From the IMG/VR virus record IMGVR_UViG_3300031992_000010: a stretch of 64,000 bases of DNA. One strand, written 5' to 3'. A program made the translations under genes and the position numbers. Within the stretch, counting starts at the first letter, position 1. Every line of letters begins with the position of its first letter. The notes under the pieces were generated by a model that was not told where the DNA came from, did no database searches, and worked only from the letters and a program-made list of their open reading frames with translations. Below are positions 35,982 to 45,547 of this stretch, one piece after another. Source of the stretch: a virus. Its lineage: Duplodnaviria > Heunggongvirae > Uroviricota > Caudoviricetes.

Positions 35982-36359
35982 ATGGAGACACAAAATAAAA
36001 TTAGTGTTGAGGCAAAATATACCATTGCAGGATTAATGAAGGCGGAGGAGACCACCGCCCTTCATTTCCATCTTAAACCGGTATACATATATGTTGACGA
36101 CGATACGTATGATATTATTAAGGAGATTGCAAATTTACCGAATGATCCCATACGTTCATCATTACGTAACAGTTTTAAGGTTGAAAATAATTTGGTATAT
36201 TTTAATGATATAATTGTGATTCCGATTGAGAACCAAACGATAACGTCACCGGTCATGTATGCGGTGGGAAGGGTCAACGAAGTGTATGTACACCTCACAA
36301 AACTAACCGATGGCAAGTGGACGGTTGTATATGTAAACGAGGCATATAAACAAAAATAA
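35982..36359 (+). CDS. hypothetical protein (125 aa)
   Basis: ORF track; ATAATATGG overlap. Confidence 0.45.
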   Translation: METQNKISVEAKYTIAGLMKAEETTALHFHLKPVYIYVDDDTYDIIKEIANLPNDPIRSSLRNSFKVENNLVYFNDIIVIPIENQTITSPVMYAVGRVNEVYVHLTKLTDGKWTVVYVNEAYKQK

Positions 36360-36443
36360 AATTAAATATTATGGAATTTTTCGAACTGTTTTTTACGATT
36401 GCATTTATTATTGGATTTCCAATATGTGTATCAGGTAAGGTGT

Positions 36444-36764
36444 ATGAATTATATACAAAATTGTATGGAAAAATTAGGAATATCGCCTGTTGATATAAAA
36501 CAATTCATTTCCCGGTTCGGCGATAACAATTGGACGAGCGGTAACTGTTATTGGTTCGCGGTAATATTAAAGGAAAGGTTTGGGGGTGAAATATATTACG
36601 AATTATATAATGGTCACTTTATAACCAAAATCGGCGACAGGTACTACGATTATAATGGCGAATATTGTATTAAATATTTGGAAAATGAATTGGTACCGTG
36701 GGATAACTTCAAGGAATATGACGAACTGCAGTACGAAAGAATAATAAGGGATTGTATTAAATAA
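36444..36764 (+). CDS. hypothetical protein (106 aa; start trimmed from track ORF 36399)
   Basis: in-frame ATG MNYIQNCMEKLG. Confidence 0.4.
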   Translation: MNYIQNCMEKLGISPVDIKQFISRFGDNNWTSGNCYWFAVILKERFGGEIYYELYNGHFITKIGDRYYDYNGEYCIKYLENELVPWDNFKEYDELQYERIIRDCIK

Positions 36765-36774
36765 ATTATATATT

Positions 36775-37032
36775 ATGGAACGCGAGGAGATACTTAATAA
36801 ATGCGATGGGGGGGCCGTAATATTGGAGCCCTCATATTTGGATGAGGCCATCGTTGGGGTTAATAACGAAGGTAAACTAATCTACGACTATGACCGATTG
36901 GTCAAGGCAAACATCGAACACGGAGGTATGACGTATAATGAGGCGGTCGAATGGATTGAATTTAATACCATACGTTCCCTACCGCATATGGGACGTTTAC
37001 ATCCGGAGGTTATGTATAAAATTGAGGATTAA
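36775..37032 (+). CDS. hypothetical protein (85 aa)
   Basis: ORF track. Confidence 0.4.
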   Translation: MEREEILNKCDGGAVILEPSYLDEAIVGVNNEGKLIYDYDRLVKANIEHGGMTYNEAVEWIEFNTIRSLPHMGRLHPEVMYKIED

Positions 37033-37049
37033 TTATATACTAATAAAAT

Positions 37050-37562
37050 TTGAATATTATGAAAGGTTGTAAAAATTTTTACATCGACGGGAGACAAATA
37101 TTTCTCGATGGAAAGGCAATCCCACAAGGTGGTGATAAGCCAACAAAAGGAAAGGTAATTATTTGTAAATTGGCGTGGTCATTGGATTCCCACTACCAAT
37201 GGTTTAGTGGTACGGAAATCGGACGTGCGGAGGTTCACGATGATGACAATTTCGATTTCGACAAGGGATGTGATATCGCCTACGAACGTGCAAAACGTGC
37301 GGCCATCACAAAATGTATGCAAATTGTTGATAAACAATGCGGCAGGTTGTGTGAATTGTATAATGAATTGGGTGACGTAAAGGATTACTGTAACTACATC
37401 CTCACCGCCCTGGAGGCACGACGTGAACAAACGGAGGATTCGTCACAAATTAAGACAATCGCCACGACAAGATTGTTCTCATTGTTATCCAACATTTCAA
37501 AAACGGAGGACGAGGAACTCGAACGTATGCTGGCCGTGTTGGAACGTGAAAATTTCATTTAA
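37050..37562 (+). CDS. hypothetical protein (170 aa)
   Basis: ORF track. Confidence 0.45.
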   Translation: MNIMKGCKNFYIDGRQIFLDGKAIPQGGDKPTKGKVIICKLAWSLDSHYQWFSGTEIGRAEVHDDDNFDFDKGCDIAYERAKRAAITKCMQIVDKQCGRLCELYNELGDVKDYCNYILTALEARREQTEDSSQIKTIATTRLFSLLSNISKTEDEELERMLAVLERENFI

Positions 37563-37583
37563 ACCAAAAATATTTTTATTATA

Positions 37584-37766
37584 ATGGAAATGAATTTATC
37601 GAAACTAATTGATGTTTTATCTCAATTGGAATATGATATTCAAAAGGAGGCCGGGGATGGTGTGGAGGTGGCCATCCCCGTTATAGGCTCCCACGGAAAG
37701 CCCGTAACAATAAAATTGTTGAAGGATCCGGAGACCTCCAAATTGGTAAAAATAATGTTGGTATGA
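37584..37766 (+). CDS. hypothetical protein (60 aa)
   Basis: ORF track. Confidence 0.35.
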   Translation: MEMNLSKLIDVLSQLEYDIQKEAGDGVEVAIPVIGSHGKPVTIKLLKDPETSKLVKIMLV

Positions 37767-37939
37767 ACGAACTAAAACTATTTTTCGAAGGATGCGAAAT
37801 TGTGGCGATCGGCAATAAGGCCGTCAAAAAGGCCCAAAACGAATCACGTCAAAAAGGTGTACCAAATGTTTATTCAAACGATGGGAAAATCTTTTACGAA
37901 TTGCCGTCAGGTAAAATTACCAAAAAGTCGCCATTTTAA
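37763..37939 (+). CDS. possible small protein (58 aa), not in ORF track
   Basis: ATGA overlap with the upstream gene. Confidence 0.3.
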   Translation: MNELKLFFEGCEIVAIGNKAVKKAQNESRQKGVPNVYSNDGKIFYELPSGKITKKSPF

Positions 37940-38101
37940 TTTTTCATTTTAAGGCGGTTTTAAGGCGAGATCTCAAAAAAGATATATAATTATATTATTT
38001 TTGCAAGATCTCTTGTTAAATCGAAGAAAAATGCGAAAAAATCGGATGTTTAAATTAAATATCCGATTTTATTTTTATATATTATCCAAAATCGGCAAAA
38101 A
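37940..38101. promoter_or_regulatory. long intergenic regulatory region (candidate origin/ncRNA)
   Basis: contains TTAAGGCGGTTTT, palindrome GAGATCTC-N31-AGATCTC around an AT palindrome, and the inverted repeat AAAATCGGAT-N13-ATCCGATTTT. Confidence 0.45.
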
Positions 38102-38611
38102 ATGAAAAAAAATATTACATTCGAATATCTCCCGGTACACGGCGATCCTGCAACGGTTGGTATTGAAATCGTGTTTCCTGATTTTGAGGAATATACCGAT
38201 GAGGTTGTTTTAAATGGACAATGCCTGTCCATAACAATCACGGTCGAGGATCAAATTATGGAATACCTCGACGATATGGATAAATCCGATATTATGGCAA
38301 AATATGATATGGAAATTATTATGGATTACCATATTACCCCACCGCCGGTGGATGAAATGGAGGACTTTAAAACATTCCTTTACTATTGGTGCAAGGTATG
38401 TCATATTGGCCCGGAAATGTTAATGTTGGTAATTGAATACGCCGCAAATTCAAAAACAATATTTGGATGCGGCAAGACCAATATTCAAAAACTTGCGGAT
38501 ATACTTGACGGTATCAACCTTTGTTTCAGATCGAAGGATGCCGCATATAAGGAGGCGATCCAAATAATGCGTGGTGGGGATAAAAAACCGGCCGGGATGT
38601 TAAATTTTTGA
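38102..38611 (+). CDS. hypothetical acidic protein (169 aa)
   Basis: ORF track. Confidence 0.45.
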   Translation: MKKNITFEYLPVHGDPATVGIEIVFPDFEEYTDEVVLNGQCLSITITVEDQIMEYLDDMDKSDIMAKYDMEIIMDYHITPPPVDEMEDFKTFLYYWCKVCHIGPEMLMLVIEYAANSKTIFGCGKTNIQKLADILDGINLCFRSKDAAYKEAIQIMRGGDKKPAGMLNF

Positions 38612-38659
38612 CCGGGTTTTTATATATTAAATTGTAAATTAAATTAAAAGGATATTGAT

Positions 38660-39049
38660 ATGGAAATAAAAACAAAATTTAATCTTGGGCAAATGGTTTA
38701 TGTGGTTCAACCATCGACGGAGGATATTTGGGAGGATTGCCCGATCTGCGGTGGCACCGGGTATGTGGACATAAAAGGTAAAAAATATGAATGCCCGGAT
38801 TGGGACTGTCGTCAAGGTAAGGTGTTTAAAGACACGAGGTATAACCAATACAAAATCGCGTGTCATTCAAAAATTGGACAGGTACGTGTTGAAATTAATA
38901 AGGATTCATATACGGAATGCTATATGCTTGTTGCAACCGGTATAGGAACAGGTGCACTGTGGTATGATGACGAGGAACATGGAAGTAGAATGTTCGCCAC
39001 AAAACAGGAGGCCGAGGAATATTGTAATGAAAAAAATAATAAAAAATAA
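38660..39049 (+). CDS. zinc-finger protein (CPICGGTGY...CPDWDC); C-terminal ATKQEAEEY motif
   Basis: ORF track; promoter motif upstream. Confidence 0.45.
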   Translation: MEIKTKFNLGQMVYVVQPSTEDIWEDCPICGGTGYVDIKGKKYECPDWDCRQGKVFKDTRYNQYKIACHSKIGQVRVEINKDSYTECYMLVATGIGTGALWYDDEEHGSRMFATKQEAEEYCNEKNNKK

Positions 39050-39055
39050 TGAATT

Positions 39056-39475
39056 ATGATTAGCGAGATTACTTATGATGGTGGAAAATATGGGTTTCAA
39101 GCGTTGTCACACGTTGAATACCAACCAATGGAACCCAGCGGAATTAAACGTATCTATAAAAAAGGTGACCGTATCCACTATCGTGGCCTATTTGGTACCG
39201 AAAAGGTAAGCAAGGACAAGGTTTATGAGGAGGATGGATATACCGTTTATAATAGCGAATTGGAACGTATATGTCCGTATACCATCAAACAGTTGTTTGA
39301 AATCGGCCATATTGATTGGGATACACATATTATAATCGACGGGGAAATATACCTGAAACCATATATTGTAGTTTACTTTTTGAATGGTGATAAATTGATA
39401 TCACACTTTAATACAGATGAGGAGGCGCAGGAAAAATATTACGAAACATTAAAATCAATGGAAACCAATGAATAA
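39056..39475 (+). CDS. hypothetical protein (139 aa)
   Basis: ORF track. Confidence 0.45.
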   Translation: MISEITYDGGKYGFQALSHVEYQPMEPSGIKRIYKKGDRIHYRGLFGTEKVSKDKVYEEDGYTVYNSELERICPYTIKQLFEIGHIDWDTHIIIDGEIYLKPYIVVYFLNGDKLISHFNTDEEAQEKYYETLKSMETNE

Positions 39476-39866
39476 AAATTTAATCATATTACGAGGCCTG
39501 CCCGGGGCAGGAAAAAGTACCTTCGCGGAACTTATTTCCGGGGGCAATGCGGATATCGTTTGTACCGCGGACGATTACTTTATGGTCGATGGTGAATATA
39601 AATTCGACCCGGCAAAACTTGCCACGGTTCATTCATTATGCCGGGAAAAGTGTGAAAACCTTATGAAAAAGGATGCGCCGCTTGTTATTGTCGCCAATAC
39701 AAACGTACGTGAACAACACTTCGAGGAGTATATCAATATGGCGAAAAAATATGGGTACCGATGGTTTTCCATCGTGGTTGAAAACCGCCACGGGGGTAAA
39801 AGTATCCACAATGTACCTGCCGAAAAGGTGAATTTATTAGGACAAATATTTAACATAAACCTATGA
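39468..39866 (+). CDS. polynucleotide 5'-kinase (T4 Pnk kinase-domain-like, P-loop)
   Basis: ILRGLPGAGKSTFAE Walker A; ...CTADDYFM follows like the T4 Pnk N-terminal domain; 132 aa stand-alone kinase domain. Confidence 0.5.
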   Translation: MNKNLIILRGLPGAGKSTFAELISGGNADIVCTADDYFMVDGEYKFDPAKLATVHSLCREKCENLMKKDAPLVIVANTNVREQHFEEYINMAKKYGYRWFSIVVENRHGGKSIHNVPAEKVNLLGQIFNINL

Positions 39867-40414
39867 AAAATCAAAGTCAGTGGAAATATTTTAAGGATGG
39901 GTTACCAAAAGAGGGCAGTTATATTGAGGTTGCAAAATATTTTGATGGCGACCCTGAACCTGAAATAATCACATATACGTGCATTGACCGGGATGAAATA
40001 GAAAAATTAAGAAATGACGCCCGTAACAAGTGGTGTTCACTGGTAAATACGGAGGGAATAGACCCATATGGCATACGGAATGTATGTTTTTCACTAATCG
40101 ACCCAAAGAATGCTGCTTGGGAACAATCCAAGAATGACCGTCTCAAACATGGGTTCGACCAAAGCGAGACATGGAGCCTTGACCGCACCATTATCAGATT
40201 CATACTCCCCCGCCTTAAAATGTTCCGGGAATGTACCATAGGCCATCCGACAAACTACACAGGGGAAGAATGGGATGAAATATTGGGTAAGATGATATTT
40301 TGGATGGAAAACTACGACATATGTCCTATGTATTTGCCTAATCCGGAACTGTTGTCAAAAATGGAGGAGGGTAAGAAATTGTTTTTCGAAAACTTCGAGC
40401 ATCTTTGGTGGTAG
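39863..40414 (+). CDS. hypothetical protein (183 aa), DUF551-like N-terminus
   Basis: ORF track. Confidence 0.4.
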   Translation: MKNQSQWKYFKDGLPKEGSYIEVAKYFDGDPEPEIITYTCIDRDEIEKLRNDARNKWCSLVNTEGIDPYGIRNVCFSLIDPKNAAWEQSKNDRLKHGFDQSETWSLDRTIIRFILPRLKMFRECTIGHPTNYTGEEWDEILGKMIFWMENYDICPMYLPNPELLSKMEEGKKLFFENFEHLWW

Positions 40415-40471
40415 AAAAATAAACAAACGTATATTAAATTTTTGGCCCATATTGCCCATATTAAATCATTA

Positions 40472-40540
40472 AAGGAATGCGGTACAGGCATTCACTTTTT
40501 CAAAACGAAAACGGAGGCGGAGGAATATGATTATTTTTAA
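40472..40540 (+). pseudogene. gene remnant encoding ...ECGTGIHFFKTKTEAEEYDYF*, homologous to the C-terminus of the pentapeptide-repeat protein (10948..11760)
   Basis: no in-frame ATG; matches MECAEGIHFFRTKEEAEKY of 11680..11740. Confidence 0.4.
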
Positions 40541-40566
40541 TGGATTATTTTTAATGGATTATTTAT

Positions 40567-40749
40567 ATGGAAAAAGAAGGAAAATGTTGCTTTTGTGGCA
40601 GTAAATATACCAACTATGGCAATTCAACGTGGGGATGCTGGTCCAGGGAGGAGGAAATGTTGGGTGTGGGTGAGAAAAAGAGATGTTGCAATAAATGTAA
40701 TATTGAGGTTGTGATCCCCTCAAGAATTGCAATGAGGAATAAATTTTAA
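40567..40749 (+). CDS. small Cys-rich zinc-finger-like protein
   Basis: ORF track. Confidence 0.35.
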   Translation: MEKEGKCCFCGSKYTNYGNSTWGCWSREEEMLGVGEKKRCCNKCNIEVVIPSRIAMRNKF

Positions 40750-40769
40750 CATAAAACAATAAGGATATT

Positions 40770-40970
40770 ATGAATGAGCGGGATAAACTTATAATAAAGG
40801 TTGCAAACGTTATAATTTCGTTACAGGAATTAAATTTTGATTTTTCCTTTAATATATTAAAAACACTTGTTGATATGGACCGGGATAAATTGCAGCAATT
40901 TTATAAGGATGTCAAATCCATACCACTTAATGATGTATATGAAAAATATAATTTAACAAAACCATTATAG
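40770..40970 (+). CDS. hypothetical protein (66 aa)
   Basis: ORF track. Confidence 0.4.
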   Translation: MNERDKLIIKVANVIISLQELNFDFSFNILKTLVDMDRDKLQQFYKDVKSIPLNDVYEKYNLTKPL

Positions 40971-40974
40971 AATT

Positions 40975-41232
40975 ATGTATAAAATAGGCGAGGAAAAAAA
41001 ATCAAAATACAATGTCGGTGATTTCCTAACATTCACACGATTGGATGGTACAACCGGGTATATAAAGGTTACAAAAATCTCGAAATATCCCAACGAGCCA
41101 ATATGGTACGAGGATTATGATGGTGATTACGTTGAGGAAAACGATATCGATGGCAAACTCGAAGGTAAGGAACTTGAGGAAATTGAAAATGAATATAAAC
41201 TATATTTGAAATTAAAAACTAAATTTGAATAA
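40975..41232 (+). CDS. hypothetical protein (85 aa)
   Basis: ORF track. Confidence 0.4.
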   Translation: MYKIGEEKKSKYNVGDFLTFTRLDGTTGYIKVTKISKYPNEPIWYEDYDGDYVEENDIDGKLEGKELEEIENEYKLYLKLKTKFE

Positions 41233-41234
41233 TT

Positions 41235-41753
41235 ATGGAACCGGTGGAAATAATTTTAGATAAAAATACAAATCCAATAAACCAGGAGATACATATAGAA
41301 GTGCCGGCCGGATATGAGATAGACCGGGAAAACAGCACGTTTGAGTGCATTAAGTTAAAACCGGTTAAAAAATCCAAATTCAGCGACTATGATGGTACAT
41401 ATGAAATGATGGGATACTATTTAAATAATGATAAAGTTGATCCCCTACCAACCCACAACCGTGTTACCAGTAAGGATGTATTTGCCACCGAAAAATATGC
41501 CAAATCGGCATTGGCAATGGCCCAAATCAGCCAAATTATGGCTAATGATGAAAGGTTTGGTGGTGCCATCACTGACGGGGATTGGGAAGATGAAACTATA
41601 ATAAAACATTGTATTTTTAAATATAACAATAAATTAACTATTGATTCATTACAAAACACATATCATCTCCTTGCTTTTTATACAAGGAATCAACGTGACC
41701 TGTTCCTAAAAGAGAACGAACAATTGGTTAAGGATTATTTAATGATAGACTAA
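41235..41753 (+). CDS. hypothetical protein (172 aa)
   Basis: ORF track. Confidence 0.45.
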   Translation: MEPVEIILDKNTNPINQEIHIEVPAGYEIDRENSTFECIKLKPVKKSKFSDYDGTYEMMGYYLNNDKVDPLPTHNRVTSKDVFATEKYAKSALAMAQISQIMANDERFGGAITDGDWEDETIIKHCIFKYNNKLTIDSLQNTYHLLAFYTRNQRDLFLKENEQLVKDYLMID

Positions 41754-41837
41754 TGATTTCAAATTATATGACGTTGACATTTGAATTGTCACCGGAGGAT
41801 GATGAGGTTAAAATTTTAACATTAAAAGGAATTAAAA

Positions 41838-42329
41838 ATGAATGTTAGGGAACAATTAGAAGAGATTTATGCCAAGAACAGCAAGGAAAAGACTGCCGAG
41901 GATGTTCTTGAGGAACTTTACGACGAATTGATGTCGTTGCCAGTCACTACGATAAATGACGATAGCGACCCGAACACCACGATTATGTTGAACTGGTCCG
42001 GCAAGAACATACACCTACAGCATACGCTGGTCTTATTTGTATCAGACATAATTTACTACGAAAATGATGGAACACCAGCGAACCGTAGCTGGTCTGTATA
42101 TTGGGAAAGTACATATACTCCGACGTTCGAAGACTTCAAAAAATGGTGTGGAAAGCATATTGAAGGAATTGTCAACAATAAAAAATGCTACATACCACGG
42201 AAAGTTTTGGAACAAGCCAAGTTCATCCATATATGCCAATTATGGGGTGACAAGTCGAAACAAATTCCCGTAAACTGTGGCAAGGGTGTTGACTTATGTG
42301 AGTATTTAAAAGATTTAAAAAATTTATAA
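41838..42329 (+). CDS. hypothetical protein (163 aa)
   Basis: ORF track. Confidence 0.45.
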   Translation: MNVREQLEEIYAKNSKEKTAEDVLEELYDELMSLPVTTINDDSDPNTTIMLNWSGKNIHLQHTLVLFVSDIIYYENDGTPANRSWSVYWESTYTPTFEDFKKWCGKHIEGIVNNKKCYIPRKVLEQAKFIHICQLWGDKSKQIPVNCGKGVDLCEYLKDLKNL

Positions 42330-42345
42330 ATATTTATAAATCACT

Positions 42346-42579
42346 ATGACAAAGGAATTTATTAAAAATAGGGACTCGTTCATACAAGAATTGTCGACAA
42401 TTATAAATCGGTATTGTATGGACACTTTCACTGAAATGCCGGATTTCATATTGGCCGATTATCTTTGGCGACAAATTGAGTTGATAGAAAATTTTAACGA
42501 CCTGAAGAATTGGTGGTCGGGAAAAAAGACCCAACATGGGAGGCCGGCAAATGCAGGTAACACTATAAACACAATATAA
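42346..42579 (+). CDS. hypothetical protein (77 aa)
   Basis: ORF track. Confidence 0.4.
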   Translation: MTKEFIKNRDSFIQELSTIINRYCMDTFTEMPDFILADYLWRQIELIENFNDLKNWWSGKKTQHGRPANAGNTINTI

Positions 42580-42612
42580 ACATACCATAAATACATTTAT
42601 AACGATAAGATT

Positions 42613-42993
42613 ATGAACGAATATCCAAAACAGGTAAAGATAGGTGGGCAAACCATTAATGTAAAGGAGGTCAATTATAGTGATAATAGTGAAACCGATA
42701 TGGGTAACGCCTATATGGGTGAAGGCCTTTTGACAATTAGTAAAAACTATAAAAGCGGCGGGGTACCGGTGGCACAATGTCACGATTCGAAGGTAAACAC
42801 ATTTTACCACGAACTTACCCACCTCATATTGATAGTGATGGGACGTTTCGATCTTAATGATGATGAGGTGTTTGTAAGTTGTTTTGGTAGTTTTCTTTGT
42901 GAGGCAATGCGCTCGGCCGGGGCAAAATTCCCGGATATGGACGGCGTTAAAAAACTAAAGGAACCAATCGATACACAAATAATCAATGAATAA
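42613..42993 (+). CDS. small HExxH zinc metallopeptidase-like protein
   Basis: FYHELTHLIL motif; 126 aa. Confidence 0.45.
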   Translation: MNEYPKQVKIGGQTINVKEVNYSDNSETDMGNAYMGEGLLTISKNYKSGGVPVAQCHDSKVNTFYHELTHLILIVMGRFDLNDDEVFVSCFGSFLCEAMRSAGAKFPDMDGVKKLKEPIDTQIINE

Positions 42994-43004
42994 AAATATA
43001 TAAT

Positions 43005-43667
43005 ATGGGAAAACAATGTATTGATAGGATTAAGGCAATCCTCAAAAAAATTTGGGACGCCAAATGGAAAATTTTACTTGGTATAATTTTTGGGACAATA
43101 TTAGGGGCGGTTTGTTGCGGTAGCGCCATTATGTTCCCGGTTTATAACCTTACTGCCGGGGTAATTGGATGTATATATGGTATCGCCATTTTCGTCACAT
43201 ACCTTGTGGCCGCGTGGTGGCTTTTTGGTGTAACACGGTCAATATCAATTACATACTACTATGTAAATCCCCGATGGTTATTTCAAATGTTTATGTGGGG
43301 GGCGATTTTTAGTATCCTTATTATAGGGCAATGCTGGTGGAGTGCCGTGGTAGGATTTTTATTTGGAGTAATGACAATGAACCCAAGCGTAAATGGAGGT
43401 AATATATATTTTATCCCCCATATGGTATCGGCCATTTCGGCAATAGCCATTGGTAATATAAGTTTAGGTGTTATGTATGGTTTGTGGTGGATGGTTGGGT
43501 TGCTTGCATTGATATTAGGACTTATTTTCATCATTACCCAAAATCGCAACCATGAGGAACATCCCCTGTTTAATAAGGAGAATCGACTATATTGGATTGA
43601 GGTGGTATCAATTTCATTCTATATCATTGGCCTAATTTTAGGTAATATTGTACCTTTCATTATATAA
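43005..43667 (+). CDS. polytopic inner-membrane protein (at least 6 TM helices)
   Basis: ORF track; hydrophobic throughout. Confidence 0.5.
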   Translation: MGKQCIDRIKAILKKIWDAKWKILLGIIFGTILGAVCCGSAIMFPVYNLTAGVIGCIYGIAIFVTYLVAAWWLFGVTRSISITYYYVNPRWLFQMFMWGAIFSILIIGQCWWSAVVGFLFGVMTMNPSVNGGNIYFIPHMVSAISAIAIGNISLGVMYGLWWMVGLLALILGLIFIITQNRNHEEHPLFNKENRLYWIEVVSISFYIIGLILGNIVPFII

Positions 43668-43696
43668 AAGTAACGAATAAAAAAATATATAATATT

Positions 43697-43879
43697 ATGG
43701 CAACAAAGGTAAAAACATTCAAAACATCATATATTGGTGATTTGGAAAATACGATTAATAATTTTTTGGGCGGTCTAACGGAACAATCCGAATTGGTTGA
43801 TATTAAATATACATCGGAGGTGACAAATATGGTTCCAACCGGAATCGTATATACCGCAATGGTTATATATAAGGAATAA
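43697..43879 (+). CDS. hypothetical protein (60 aa)
   Basis: ORF track. Confidence 0.35.
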   Translation: MATKVKTFKTSYIGDLENTINNFLGGLTEQSELVDIKYTSEVTNMVPTGIVYTAMVIYKE

Positions 43880-43948
43880 CCGGTCCAAAACCCTAATTAA
43901 ATTTTTGGTAATTTTTTTATATATTAAATCAAATAAAAAATTTATATT

Positions 43949-44485
43949 ATGAAGATAGGATTAAGAATGAAACAAAAACCGGTGTATGATGTCAAATATC
44001 TCATCGCCGAATTTGATCCCCGTTATTGGGAGGATACCGATGTCGAGAATCCTGAAACAGGTGAATTGGAACAGGAACCGGAGGAATTTGAAAAGGCAAG
44101 AATTTCCGGCAAGGTGGATATCAACGATGTGGCCGAAAAACCTCATTTTTGTGACAAATACGCCAAAGGTTTTATCCATTGGAAAATTGATTTGGAGGAG
44201 GGCAGAATCCTCGACTGGAATGGATTGGCCGCAAACGTATATTACAAACCTTGTGACTGTGGCCTTTACACCATCCTCGACGTGGATAATAACGTCATAT
44301 TCGAATCGAAATCATATGTACCAGGCATATTGAGTATTGATGATCAAGGTTATGGGGATTATCTTTATATAACGGTTGACAAGGATGGTTATATTAAGGA
44401 TTGGGTATGTAATGAACGTCTTGTTCAGGATATATATAATAATGGATCCGGTCACGATATGAATAACGATGATGACGATTATTAA
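43949..44485 (+). CDS. hypothetical acidic protein (178 aa)
   Basis: ORF track; promoter motif upstream. Confidence 0.45.
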   Translation: MKIGLRMKQKPVYDVKYLIAEFDPRYWEDTDVENPETGELEQEPEEFEKARISGKVDINDVAEKPHFCDKYAKGFIHWKIDLEEGRILDWNGLAANVYYKPCDCGLYTILDVDNNVIFESKSYVPGILSIDDQGYGDYLYITVDKDGYIKDWVCNERLVQDIYNNGSGHDMNNDDDDY

Positions 44486-44537
44486 TCGTTAAATTTTCGG
44501 TAAAAATTATATATATTATTTCAAATCAAAAAATGAC

Positions 44538-45203
44538 ATGTCAACTACTGTAAATTACGTTGTGGAGGTTAAAAAGAATGGGGAATGGCAACCGGCCGTT
44601 CCCCTTTCATTCAAGGAAAACCCATACGATAATAATTGGATCCTTGAATGTGGAGGTACCATATATGAAATATTGAGGGAACATACCGCCAATTTAAAGG
44701 CATTCCCGGAGGATTCACCCATAATTTCCCAACTTGAGTTTATGTATCCAAGTGTCAATCCGCCTAAATGGGTAACCGGATTGAGAAACACCTGTATGGC
44801 CGCATACCAAAAGGTACCGGGAAAAATTGTCGGCAAGCCATTAATAAAGGCAATCAATAAACTCCGTGGGATGGAAAATGGTTGTAAGGGGATATTTGAC
44901 GGTATATATGCATATTCATATATAACCATTTCCGAACTACAAAAAATTGGCGATGGTTTATTAAATGAATTGACTGATTCGATTGATACCTACGCCAACG
45001 AAAACAAACTAATTCAAATGGTCCGCGAGGCCATTGGAAAACCGGCGGATGATGGTTATTATATGACGATGGATGATATTACCGATTTTCCACTATATCG
45101 ATATGGATTATGGCGGAGTTTATTGGCATCCGCATATACGTTGGCCGCAATTAACGGCATTTATGAACCTGATGATATTAGAATTATTTGGTGGGTGGAA
45201 TAA
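44538..45203 (+). CDS. hypothetical protein (221 aa)
   Basis: ORF track. Confidence 0.5.
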   Translation: MSTTVNYVVEVKKNGEWQPAVPLSFKENPYDNNWILECGGTIYEILREHTANLKAFPEDSPIISQLEFMYPSVNPPKWVTGLRNTCMAAYQKVPGKIVGKPLIKAINKLRGMENGCKGIFDGIYAYSYITISELQKIGDGLLNELTDSIDTYANENKLIQMVREAIGKPADDGYYMTMDDITDFPLYRYGLWRSLLASAYTLAAINGIYEPDDIRIIWWVE

Positions 45204-45547
45204 TGAAAAACAAGGATAAATATACACCAATAACATACGTATTCGATTGTGCATTCAACCTTGACATTCACAATGAATGGCTGGGGGAGAATACGTGGAT
45301 GATTTGGGATAATTATTTTAAATGTTTCCGGTATTGGATTACCCACCAAAATGCGGATAATTTCCCATATGTTATTTTTGAATTTGATGATATAAGAATA
45401 AAATTATACTTTCGCAAGGAGGAGTTTACACATTGTTTTTCCATGTCCACGTTATATTTTATTGGTCAGGAGGATTATGAAATGTGCGCATATATCCGGG
45501 ATCTTGCGAAGGAATTTAATATTGAATTAAAATTGGAGGATAAATAA
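45203..45547 (+). CDS. hypothetical protein (114 aa; start trimmed from track ORF 45188)
   Basis: TAATG stop/start overlap. Confidence 0.4.
   Translation: MKNKDKYTPITYVFDCAFNLDIHNEWLGENTWMIWDNYFKCFRYWITHQNADNFPYVIFEFDDIRIKLYFRKEEFTHCFSMSTLYFIGQEDYEMCAYIRDLAKEFNIELKLEDK

Noticed and set aside
36371-36493. 40-aa hydrophobic ORF (MEFFELFFTIAFIIGFPICVSG...) overlapping the start region of 36444..36764
   Set aside because: Possible small TM peptide, but overlaps the better-supported frame and lacks an RBS; left uncalled.
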